64,000 nt of DNA from Vicugna vicugna (taxonomy: Eukaryota). Both the position numbers and the translations under genes were made by a program. The notes beneath the pieces were generated by a model. The model was not told the origin of the DNA. It saw nothing but the letters and a program-made list of their open reading frames with translations, and did no database searches. The DNA is taken from assembly GCA_013265495.1 (NCBI GenBank), contig MU058844.1:124001-188000 (forward strand), written 5' to 3'. Shown here one piece after another: positions 12,301-23,585 of the stretch. Position 1 is the first letter of the stretch. The number at the start of each line of letters is the position of its first letter.

Positions 12301-14494
12301 TCACAAGACAGTTTTCAGGGACCAGCAATGCAGAATATTACAAATGAAACACAACACGCACCAAACTGGAGCGCCAGTGTTTTGGAACATGGTTAAAAAA
12401 AACCAAATTTCCATTCACTGGGGAAACACCATTGATTTCTTTATTTTTCACTTTGTTCTCACAACTCAGCATATTTACTACAGAGAGCAGTTGTGCCTAA
12501 GCTGCTTCCACTGTGGACTCTCTGCTATTGGTAATCTCCCAGATTTGAGCAGCTGGGTTTTTACGATGAGACCCCTTCACAGCTCGGTCTCCTTGGGCCA
12601 CTCCATTCTGGCAACCCTACTTCTTTCCCCTCTGACAATTCCCCACCCCACCCCCACCACCTCCATTACCTACTGCGAGACTCTCCCTGCACTTTCAGCA
12701 CAATCATTATCTCCACTTCTGCATGAACCACAGGCAAAAAAAAAGACCTTACTTTTAAAAAGAGCAAGTCAGACAAAGATGAGAATAGCAATGGATTCAC
12801 ACTTCAGATGAATAAAGTAAATGCCTGAACTGAAGAGATGCTATAATGAATGAGCATTCTTTGGCTAAAAGAAGTTGGTGGCAGAGAATTTTTAAAAGAA
12901 AAGGAAAAAAGCTTTCTACGCTTGTTGATGCAACCAATTAACAGAAATACATCACTAGTGGAAGTAATTTTAGTCTGAATTTTGAAAACTAATTTTATTT
13001 AAGGGAAGGGAGTAGAGGTAGATGATGACAGTTATTGATTCTTTACTCACTCTTTTGGTATACTCTTCAAGGGGGGAAAACAGATAAAAAGTCCCAGGGA
13101 TTCTGGAAATGAGATCAACAACGTGAGCCTATTCTTAAATGAGTACTTTTCATTTGCATAAATCACCATGTTCATTAGTCTGCCACTGTAAGGAGATGAC
13201 ACTCTATAAGATCATAAATCTGACTTCCATTGTTGAGCAATGACTCAGAGATCTGAAAGAGAGGACTTGATTTCTACATCTATGTCTAGAGGAAAATATT
13301 TGTCTTCCTGATAAAATATTCTAATTACAAGTGGCTTAATCATAAGAGAGTATTAATGTATGCAAAAGTTCTTAGATACATCTAAATACAGATTTTAAAA
13401 AGTACCATTAGGAATCATTAAACATTTTTATACTTCAATGTGAAATAAAAAAGGGAATCATATAATAGAGACACAGCCCCAAAGGGGAACTCGTGTAACA
13501 CCGACCACTCCCATGGGTTGCCTTTGGGAATCCATCCTGTCACTCCTTTTCCTCCTCATAGACAGCCTGACTTTCTACAGCTTATGAGGAAGAAGCCCAG
13601 AGTTGACATGAGGATGAAGCCTTGAGAAGTTCATGACTTGGAGCAGTCCTGCCTCTCAGCTTCATGGCACTGATTCATTGTGGTACAAAGAGGATGCAGT
13701 ATCCGGGAGGGCCTGGCGGTTGTCAAGGGTAATTTCCCTATGGCATGATGTGGGGTGCCTTCTCCAGAAAACACAGGAAGATGATTTCCATCTGACTCAA
13801 GGCTCTGTGGCTGTGCTTCATTCCAGTTCCTCTTGATTGGTCAAAGCCATTGTTTGCCAAGGTAAATTGCAAATCTCCCTTTTTGCAGTGATTGACCTGT
13901 CCACAGTCATTCTCAGGGTGTGACAGTGGGGTATAGGGCACAGAGCCCAAGATTTGCTCTCCAGTCCTTTTCCAGTCACTGACTCATAGCCATGTACATC
14001 TTGATTTCACATCCCTGAAAAGGTGGCAACTCAGCTGGCTCCCTACCTTTCTGTAACACCACAAGGAAGAGACCGTACCCTTCTGGAAGGATATTCAGAT
14101 CTTATTTTCCCTGTCATTTTTCAATCCTTCCCATTTCTTTTTTTTTTTCTTCTTCTTTCTTATCTGGGCTAGAATCTCATGCAAAGTAGGTGATATTCAC
14201 AGAACACCATCTCAATCCTCCAGACTGTATGTTCTAATTTTCATGTGGCCACAGATATAAGCAAGACAACTAAAGGGCATGTTGGTTAGCAATCAGCAGG
14301 AAGAATAATCAACCAAGTTCACGGTGTGTTTCCCTTCAGTCTTTAACGGAGAGGCAGCTGTGATTCAGTAGAGAACACAGAAGCCATGAGCAGCTCGTGA
14401 TCCATGAGACGGTTCATGATCCAGTACAAGACCTGGATACTGACGCACTACCTTTCTTCCCCATCTGTAAAGTGAAGGAGCTGGAAGAACTTAG

Positions 14495-14815
14495 AGGCTC
14501 CAAATGCAGGTGTCTTCCCAAGGCTTGGGTGGGAATGAACATGAAATAAAGTATAAACTATGGGGAGTGAACCAGAGTGTGCATGCCCCAGCTGGAGGGC
14601 AGCTCTGCTCAACACCAGCCAACTGCCATCCAGGGAAGGAGGAGGGTCCATTGTCTCTACATCTTCTAATATCTGAGGAGAAGCCAAGAATCTATCCTTT
14701 AGTGAAATCTTGATTTTAAAGTGTCAACTGATTAAAAAATTTATTAAATGGGTAAGCCAAACAAAATGTGTCTGCAGACTGACCACAGCCTGGAGGTGTT
14801 TCGTCTGTGGCCTTG
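14495..14815 (-). mobile_element. MER102-like hAT-Charlie element
   Basis: GAGTGTGCATGCCCC...GGGCAGCTCTGCTCAACACCAGCC...GAGAAGCCAAGAATC...GCCAAACAAAATGTGTCTGCAG is the reverse complement of MER102-type consensus. Confidence 0.75.
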
Positions 14816-15269
14816 GCTCTAGGTGGATGTCTCGCCCATCTCTTTAAGGGCTCATGTTCTGTGATCTACTCCAGAGCTAGTTTTTACAGCAACATCTCCT
14901 ACCTGACTAGTGAATATTAATATAATTAATATATTAGTACAATGGATATTAATATATCACTGTAGATGACAGGAATAGAGTTCAGATCTGAGTCAGAGCT
15001 TAAGGGCAAAAGGAAGCCATGAAACACTGGGGAAAGGGTGATACTGGAGAAAAGTGTGACATGGTCCAATCCTCTGCTGGAGAATGAACTGGAGAGAAGG
15101 CCACTGCACACGGTGGAGCAGGTGTTGAAGCACAAGGGTATCAGCCAAGCAGACAAGTGAGGGGTGAGATCTGGCCCCAGTCTGCTCATGAAGGCCTGGC
15201 CCAGGGCTGCATCTCCTCTTACGGGCAGTGTACTCTTCTACACCAAGGTGTCCCGTAGGCTTTCTGGCC

Positions 15270-15660
15270 CTGGGGTGGAGGTAAGGCAGGAAGGTCAGTT
15301 AGAAAGTCACTGCAGGGGAGAGATGATGATGGCTTGGACTAGGAGAGAGGCAGTGGCTACGGAGAATAGTAGATGGACTCCAGAGACACTGAAGAGGGTG
15401 GAATGGACATCTTTGGGTGACTGATTAAATCTGGAGATGGGGGAGGCAGGGATCAAAGGTAACTGACAAGTTTCTATCTTAGGTGACTGGATGGCTGTTT
15501 TTGCCACTTGTGGCATTGAAATGGAGAAGGCTGAGGGAGGAACAGGTAGAAGCAGGATCCAGAGATGAGTTCTGAACAAGCTAAGCATGACACACGTGGG
15601 AGATTTCTAAGTAGAAATATCATCAAGGCGACTAGATCTGCAGAACTCAAATGGGACTGG
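15270..15660 (-). mobile_element. L2 LINE fragment
   Basis: GAGAGATGATGATGGCTTGGACTAGG...GACTGATTAAATCTGGAGATGGGG...GATGAGTTCTG, purine-rich antisense L2. Confidence 0.75.
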
Positions 15661-15844
15661 ATTGGAGAATAAATCCATTTAAACGCTAGAGTTGTCTTTG
15701 TTCACTATTTTTCAAAGTCCCCATGCTGGTAACTCTAATAATTACAGAAGTTAATCTATATATTAAGGTAGGTTTTCCATCCCTGATCCTGGTTTGGTTA
15801 CCTGGTACAACTCCCTAGCTCCCTGCCTTCCTATGCATAGTAGC

Positions 15845-16070
15845 CAATACTTACATGGTGCTTACCTTGTCAGGCACTGTTACAAGTGCTCACCATGTAT
15901 TAACCTGCTCAATTCTCACAAAAGCCCTATATGATAGGGGTAATATTATCCTCACTTCCTTAAGTTAGGAAACTGAGGCACAGAGAGGTGAAGAAACTTG
16001 GCAAAAATTACACAGGTCAGAAGTGCCTTAACCAGAATCTGAACTGGGGCCATCTGGATTTGAACCAACA
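15845..16070 (-). mobile_element. MIR SINE
   Basis: GTCAGGCACTGT...AATTCTCACAAAAGCCCTAT...GGAAACTGAGGCACAGAGAGGTGAAGAAACTTG (MIR core). Confidence 0.85.
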
Positions 16071-16159
16071 TGCACTAAGTTCCATCACCTCTTCAAACAT
16101 TTGAGATGATGTTCACAGTTTCTTTCAGTCTCCCCTCTTCCACACTAACTGCCCCTCAC

Positions 16160-16366
16160 TTGAACTGGCTTCTAGATCCCTCATTAGCTTTATTTTCCTC
16201 ACATGAACTGGCTGCTTCCAGACACCCCACCCTCTGATTAGCTACTTTTCTGCTCTTGAATGACCAAAGTTTGCTGGCTTGGAACATGTGTATGAATGAC
16301 TCTTCTCTTCTGGACGAAAGGCAGGAAGCAGGCCCTGTGTTTATTCCTTCTGAATCCTTTACAAAG
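16160..16366 (-). other. Candidate 207-nt internal exon (one frame open, symmetric phase)
   Basis: Acceptor ttgctctgtgtgtgtgctcttggcag|C and donor CAA|GTGAGG; the peptide (FVKDSEGINTGPASCLSSRREES...) matches no protein I recognise. Confidence 0.25.
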
Positions 16367-17411
16367 CTGCCAAGAGCACACACACAGAGCAAGCCCTCAT
16401 ATAGGGACAGGGCCAGACCAAGTAGGGATAATAGGTTTGCCCATGTGAATAACAGGAGTTGGCTGGGAATATACATTTATCTGCTACAATTCTAATGAAG
16501 GGAAAAGGCCTTATTTTGTGGCTAGAAATGCCAACAAAATGAATTGGCGAATTGTTCCTTCTTGCTGCAGACTTTGTCCAGAACTGTCTCCAGGATGCAG
16601 CACTGAAGCAGGAAGGCACCTTACTTGGCTGCACCACACAACATGACTGGCCTCGTATGGTACGGCTACTCTGGGGCCAGGCCGCCTCTCCCAATGTTTT
16701 TGATCCTGCTCTTTCTCTGGGAGATTTTTCTGGGGCAGGTTGCTGCTCCCTTCAAGACAGTGGGGCACAGCCCCCTGTATCTCTCACTCTATGGTTTTCC
16801 TTCCTGTTCTGTTCCCCAAAGCTTAGGAAGGGTCAGGGCATACCCACCATCTGCTCCCTGCCAGGGACCTGGGTACCCTCCTTTCTACTGTCCCTGGGTA
16901 GTTCTTGGTTTACTCCAAGCCCTGCCTACACAGCCTCCTCTCTGGAAAGTGTAGGTCTTTTTAACTCAGCAAACTCCTGCACACTTGTCCTCCCAACTGG
17001 CCTCTGCCATTCCCACTGCTCACATGTCTCCCCATCTCCCTTCCCCTGCTAACATGTCAAGCAAAAACTGGTCCAGGAGTGCAGCCTAACCAGAAGACAA
17101 AAGTCACCTGGCCTGCGCAGCAGGAACACCCCTTTCAGGAAATGGAGGTCTCAGACAGTTCAACTCTGGAAGAAGTTAGTTATTAATAACGGTTGCCTCT
17201 AGGGAGGGGGCTAAGGAGCGAGGGTGGGCGAAGCCGAGAAGGGAGGCTGACCTTTTTCACTAGATGCCCTTTTGTATCAGAACTACAAATACTTAATTCT
17301 TCAAAAATAACCTAACTCTCCTAGTTCTGATTCCAGATGTGTTAACACAACCTTCTGATAAAAGTCTGGTTCCTCACACAAGGTTTTTCTCAGGGAGAAA
17401 AATATGCTGAC

Positions 17412-17765
17412 CTGTGAACATGAATATTTGTGTCTTAGGAAGGTTTTTTTTTTCTCAACACATTTATAAATGGGTATCGTGATCTTGAAGACTGATTATC
17501 ATGAATCAGTCTCTCCCATCTCTTTCCCAGCCTGTTCCGCTCGGGTCCACAAATCCTTTGGTCTGTGAAGCAGAGGAACAGACCCAAAGAGGGGGGACCT
17601 TGGCGAGGCACAGCCCATCTGCAAGGCCCCGCTGAGTGGCTAGTCAGCTGGCTCCCTTCTGGTCTTGGGGAGCAGCTTTTCTTCCTATGAAAGGCTAAGG
17701 CGGCAGCAGCAGCTCCCTGTCTCCCAGGAGACGACAGGAAAATTGCATCCCTGATTGGCTGAATA
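17412..17765 (-). promoter_or_regulatory. Candidate CCAAT-box promoter and first exon
   Basis: Consensus NF-Y site AGCCAATCAG (17760-17751, minus strand), followed by a GC-richer, CpG-containing stretch and a CAG|GTCAGC donor (exon end 17412). Confidence 0.35.
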
Positions 17766-18859
17766 ATGACCTGATGTAAGTTGAATGACACACGTTCCTA
17801 GCTTAAGCTTCCTTAAGAAGGAATCCAAGCCAGCAAGTGGCAAACCAGTTTGAAGACCACAGATAGTGGATTAGAAGCCCCCAACTTGTCTTATGATGAA
17901 GTGCTCCTCACCTGAAGAGGTGAGGGGAGGAGGAGAAGATGTCATGGAAAAGAAAGATGAATAAGAAGGGGCAGGAAGACTCGTGCCAAGAAATAAAATT
18001 CTGCCAGCCCACCATAAAGAATGGAATGATGACAGCTACTGGGATGTGGAACAAGTTACTTGACGTCTTCTACCTCTTGAGAATGATAACTATAGCATCT
18101 ATTCCAAATGGTTGTCCCACTGATTCAGCAGGGTGATGTTTGTAAAGTACTTTGCCCAGTCAGGCTCCACATTCTCTGCCCCTGTCCAGCCTCCACACAC
18201 CACACACACATCCCTGAACATAGTTCACAGGGATATTGAAAACACATTTCAAATACCTCAGAGGAACTGTTGGGGAGACCTGGCCGGAAGCTGCAGTCCC
18301 TTGAAGGACCAGGTCCAAGGTTCTGATGAACCTCCTTCCAAATCAGTAGACAGTAATATGGACAGGGAAGGACCCTGGGAAATCATGTGGCCCAATTCTC
18401 TTTGTATGTGCTTTCCCTAAAGGAGCTAAATGAGAAGATGAAGAAAGAATGAAAAAAAAAAAGAATTACTTAAAAAAATAGTAAGTATGTGACATTCTAT
18501 TGCAAAGTTCTGTAGTGCTGAGCCCTCTAATTCCTGGCACTCAAGCACTTCTCCAAATCCAGCTCTCTCCTTTCAGATCATTTGTCCTCCCTTCTGGGGC
18601 TGTCACCCTAGCACACTAAACTGTGCGAGTAAGACTTATTAGAAACCACCAGTATTTCCAAAGCCTTTGACTCCTGTGCAGGGAGTGGGTGGGGTAAACT
18701 CCATCTCCCACACCCCCATTCTCCATCCATTGTCATTTCCCAGGATGGGGGCATCCTCTGGAATGGGAGGCACTGCATGTAGTGACAGAAGTTATAAATT
18801 AGAGTCCCTGGATAGGTGAACTGGGTCGGGGCAGAGAAAGGGCTGAAAGCCATTTCGCT

Positions 18860-19199
18860 AGAGTTGCACTGTCCAATATGGTACCACTAGCCACGTGTGG
18901 CTGTTGAGCATTTAACGTGAGCCTCATACAAATTGAAGTATACTTTAAGTGTGAAGTACACAACAGATTTTGAAGACTGTGTGTGAAAAAAGTGTAGAAT
19001 ACCTCATTGATAATTGTTTGCTATTCCTTTCATGTTGTACTGATGATACTTTGGATATATTGGATTAAATGAAATACATCACTTAGACTAATTTCACAGG
19101 TTCTTTTTACTTTTTAAAAAGATGGCTACTAGAAAATGTAAACTACATATAAGGCTGACACTGTGGCTTGCATTGTATTTCCATCTGAGAACACAGCTG
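18860..19199 (+). mobile_element. MER33 hAT-Charlie MITE
   Basis: GCACTGTCCAATATGGTACCACTAGCCACGTGTGGCTGTTGAGCA...TGGCTACTAGAAAATGTAAA...GTGGCTTGCATTGTATTTC. Confidence 0.85.
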
Positions 19200-19811
19200 T
19201 GGACTCAGCTCTCTGTGCTCTTTTCCTTCTCACTGCTGCCATTCTCACAGTCAGTCCTTACCCTGCAAGTGACTGAGCGGCGATACTGGTGGAGAGCTAA
19301 TTAGCTACTCCTGGGCTTTTGCTGCTCTGGAAAAACTAAGCAGAGAGTAAACTAAAATCATGTCCTTCTGGTTGATGATGCTCCTCCCACCCAACTCTCC
19401 TCCAGTGATAACAGCCAGAAACATTTTGGGCCTCAGACTGCCAGGCCCCCACCTCAGGCCCTGGAGCACCAGGCACAGAAAATGAACTGGTCTTCAAAGC
19501 AATGGTGGGTTCTAAATGCAGCTGAGCTACTAACCAGCTATGGGATTTTCTATTTTTTATTTTTTGGCGCATTTATCATCTTGGCTGCCAGACTGAAGTC
19601 TCTTTGAAGACAGAGATCATATTTTTGTCCACTGCACCCAGCTACGTACCCAAAGCTCTAGGAGACATTCAACAGATAATTGTAGAATGCAATACATGAA
19701 AGTCTTAATGGGCTTCAATTTACTCACCTGTAAAAATGAAGGCATCAAACTAAATAATCTCATAGGCTAACAGCATATTAAAGCTAAAAGGGATCTTAGG
19801 ATCCTCTGGCC

Positions 19812-20519
19812 CAGTGGTTTTCAATCCAGTCAGATACAATGAATTTTTATAACATTTTATAGTACTATATTTACTACTTTGATGTAAAATCTAATATAAA
19901 ATAACATAACCTACCTATACACGTTTTTTAAATTAATATAATGTGCAAATTATAATACAAAGGAGAAATGAAAAGAAGATAACTCCCATAAAATAATATG
20001 TTTTTCAATAAATAAATACTCTGCACGACTGCTCTAAACAGCAGTGAAGCCTCAGATTCACATATCAATTCACACGCCATGAATGTGACAGTTATAGTGC
20101 AGACTGCACGGATGTGTTGCCTTGGTGACTCAAACATCTTTAATGTTTGCTATTGGTGATCTGATTTTTCTGAAATGATGAATAACTCAGAAAAGTTCTG
20201 AACAAACAGTACAATCTTAACCTCTTATACATTTTCCTGGAATGTTCAGTGTATATTTTCAAACATGAAAAATACTATACACTTATTTGCAAAACAAAGT
20301 TGGGTTCTCTGAGTAGCTGGCAGGACATATGAAAGCCATGTAGGTTTGTGGGATATTTATTTTCTTTGCAGGACTGTCCAGAATATTATATAGCAGCTCT
20401 GCCCCTGCCAATCAGATGGCACTAGCACCCCACTGCAATCATTGTGACATCTAAAAACACCCCTACCAGGTGCTAAAAGCACTCAAGGGGGTGGTTCTAG
20501 CCTCTGTAGAGAATCCCTG
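19812..20519. mobile_element. hAT-Charlie non-autonomous element (MER20B/Charlie-like)
   Basis: Termini CAGTGGTTTTCAA and GAGAATCCCTG; the right end has a MER20-like segment (GGACTGTCCAG...CATTGTGACATCTAAAAACACCCC). Confidence 0.6.
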
Positions 20520-22989
20520 ATAGGCCAAATCTTTTTATTACTTGCATAATTTGAATAAAATGTGAGGGCACAGATATTAGATACAGTAATGTTCCATTCT
20601 GATGGTGTATTTTGAAGAAAGAGTTGTGTGTGTACACTAACTATCACAGAATGAATGGAATAGTGAACTTTTCACAGTGTATGTGGCTGATTCTGTCATG
20701 TTTCACGTTATAAAAAAGACTTGTCTTCTGAGATGCTTTGCCTGCATTCTCACTTAACAAAAGAGGCCTGGAGGTTCAGCGAGTTAGTGGCAGGCAGAGT
20801 TGGAGAAGCCAGGCCTCCCGGCTGCCAGGTCTGTGTTTTTCGGTCTGTTTCCTCTGGTGTACTCAAAAGTTTCTAGAACGTCACTGCAGACGTGGTACTA
20901 GTTGCGACACTTCTGTCTCCAACTGCAGTGTTTACTTTCAGAGCCTCGGTCATTCCTGCCTACATGTGATTCTAGGATTCATGACGAGGGTAGATTAAAT
21001 ATTTAGACCCTTCCAACAACTTAAATTGCAGTCGGACTGGATTCCAATTGGGTAATCCCATTTGAACCTTGTTTGCTTTGGAGGAAATAGGGGATCTACC
21101 CATTTTATTCAAAACCTATATAAACAGAAGTTGAAATCAGCTCCTTTCCACCCCTCCACACCCACAAACGGCTTCTCGCGGAATGGGGACTCTGTCAAGT
21201 TTCTCAGAGGCTCTGCCTGGCTTCGCTCATAGCAGAGTGTGTGTGCTCAGCGGGAACAATCTGCTCACACCAGGAAACCAGATCCTGTTTGAATGACAGG
21301 AGCTATGGGGAAATAATATGTCTGAGGGCTGGCACCAAAGTATGGTCTGTACTTGGCGGCTGGCATTGCCCCAGCAGAGAATCAACAGGCAGCGGAGAAA
21401 CCATGCATGACCACCAGGCTCTGACAGCCAAACTGACTGCTGCCCGTGCTTCCCCCTACCTATCTACACCCCTCAGTGTGAGCATTTGGTCTGCAGGCAG
21501 TATGCTGTGGCTCCGGACAACTCCTTTTCTGTTACACTCTCAGCAGGTAGGAGAAAGGGTGGTTCTGCTTTGCCTGGGATTCCAATCTGCTCTCAGACTC
21601 CCCAGAACTCCCCCTTTTTCAAACATATTCTTCCCCTTTCTTGGGGAGCTCTAAGCTCATCCTGCCCCCTTCCCTGGCTCTGTTCCATCCCCTTCCCCAG
21701 GCCAGTGGTTCTCCAGTGTCCACAGAACCCAGGTTAAGCCTATGTCATGCCAGCAAGTGCCCCTTGTTGCTAGCACTTGGACCACTGAGGTCACCTGGGC
21801 TTTGAGATAATCTGTCATATAGACCCCAGTACATGAGCCAGAGATTTCAACCTAAAATAGTTACAGGAATGGGACCAAAAAAACCAATGAAACTGTTCAT
21901 TAAGATTTCTCCAACAGGAGTGAATAATGTGAACGTGAGAGGAAGTATTTAGGCACAGGTACCTGAGATGGGGGGAAAAAAAGGACAGAGAGAGGACGTA
22001 TCTGTCCCAGCTTCCCCAGATTGCTTGAAATGTCATGTCTCTGAAATGAGCCAAGAAAAGCTGCCAACCAAGAGGTAGAGGATAAGGACCTGAACTAACA
22101 TTTAACTTTTAGTCCTTTGTAAAAGCCCAAAGACTATTACTGCATGTGCTTGACAACTTCTGCACTGTTGATCTGGATTCAAGTTCTGTGGCATTTGGCC
22201 ACTTTGGACATCTCTGCATGGTTAGATTCCTAGTATTTAATGAAAAAAGCAAAGGGATTCTGACACTCCCGATTTCCAGTTATAGGATAGGCGTTAGTTC
22301 TTATTTAATTATACAATCCTCACCACTCTATCAGACATTGGCAAAGTTCTTTGTGCACCATTTTAATGCTTCGTGATATATAATTCTTTAACGACTTAAC
22401 ATGTGTCAGTTAAATTTATATTTCTTGCCTATTCCTCCCACACTAAGTTGAACCTTACAAAAAGTACTTGTACAAAAGAGGAGAAATTATATCCAGGACA
22501 AGAAAGGATATTGTATTAGAGCAATTTCTGATTAAAGTTAGCATTTTACATAACAATACAGGATACGGGAAAAATCAACTCAAGATGCTTTGTATTGCAA
22601 CTGCATTATAACTAACCAACTCCAGACCCAAATTTTACACCAACTGTAAATCATGGACTGAAATAAAACTCATGCCTGAGCCAGAGGTTGTGTTCCTAGG
22701 ATTTGGAACAAACCATTAACTTTGCATAGGACAGACAGCAGAGGAGAAAGTAGTTATAAAGGACTGCTAATTCTCATTTGGTAAACAGCTAGATTTTTAA
22801 ATAATAATATCACCTTTAATTAACATTGATACATCTAACACACACAGAAACTATGTCTAAATAGCATCACTGGAACGTAGACTAAGAATAAAAATAATAT
22901 TTATCATTTATTTGAGCCTAGATGTACTAGTTAGTAGGTTAGCTAGTTTATACACATTGCCTTGTTTGATCATTTGAAAAAACTTTCAG

Positions 22990-23585
22990 TCCATAGTTTA
23001 CCCTAGGGTTCACTCTTTGTAATGTACATTCCAAGAGTTTTGATAAGTGCATAATGCCATGCGCCCACCATTATACATACAAAATAGTTTCCCTGCCCTT
23101 GAAATCCCGTGTGCTTCATGTATTCATCCCTCAGCCCCTCAGCCTAAATCCCTGGCAACCACTGCTCTTTTTACTGTCTCCATAGTTTTGCCTTTTCCAG
23201 TATCTCATACAGTTGGAAATATACAGTGTATATATTTTTCACACTCTTTGCAATATGCGTTTGAAGTTTCTCCGTATCTTTTCATGACTTAATAGTTCAT
23301 TTCATTTTATTGCTGGATAGTATTCCATCACACGGATGTACCACAGTTTGTTTATCCATTCAATTACTGAAGGGCATCTTTGTTCCTTCCAATTTGAGGC
23401 AATTATGAATAAAGCTACCGTAAGCATTTGTGTGCAGCTTTTTGTGTAGACATAACTTTTCAACTCATTTGGGTCAACATCTAGGAAGACGACTTCTGGA
23501 TCATGTGGTAAGATTATGTTTAGCTTTTTGAGAAACTGTTAAACTATCTCCCAAAATGGCTGTACTATTTTACTTTCTTATTGCT
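22990..23585 (-). mobile_element. L1 3' end (L1MA/MB-type) inserted into a MIR (MIR halves at about 22890-22975 and 23590-23760)
   Basis: CCCTGGCAACCACTGCTCTTTTTACTGTCTCCATAGTTTTGCCTTTTCCAG...GTACCACAGTTTGTTTATCCATTCA...AAACTGTTAAACTATCTCCCAAAATGGCTGTAC. Confidence 0.85.

Noticed and set aside
16552..17052. 166-aa plus-strand ORF and overlapping ORFs
   Set aside because: GC-richer region with ORFs in several frames on both strands and no recognisable protein; expected by chance.
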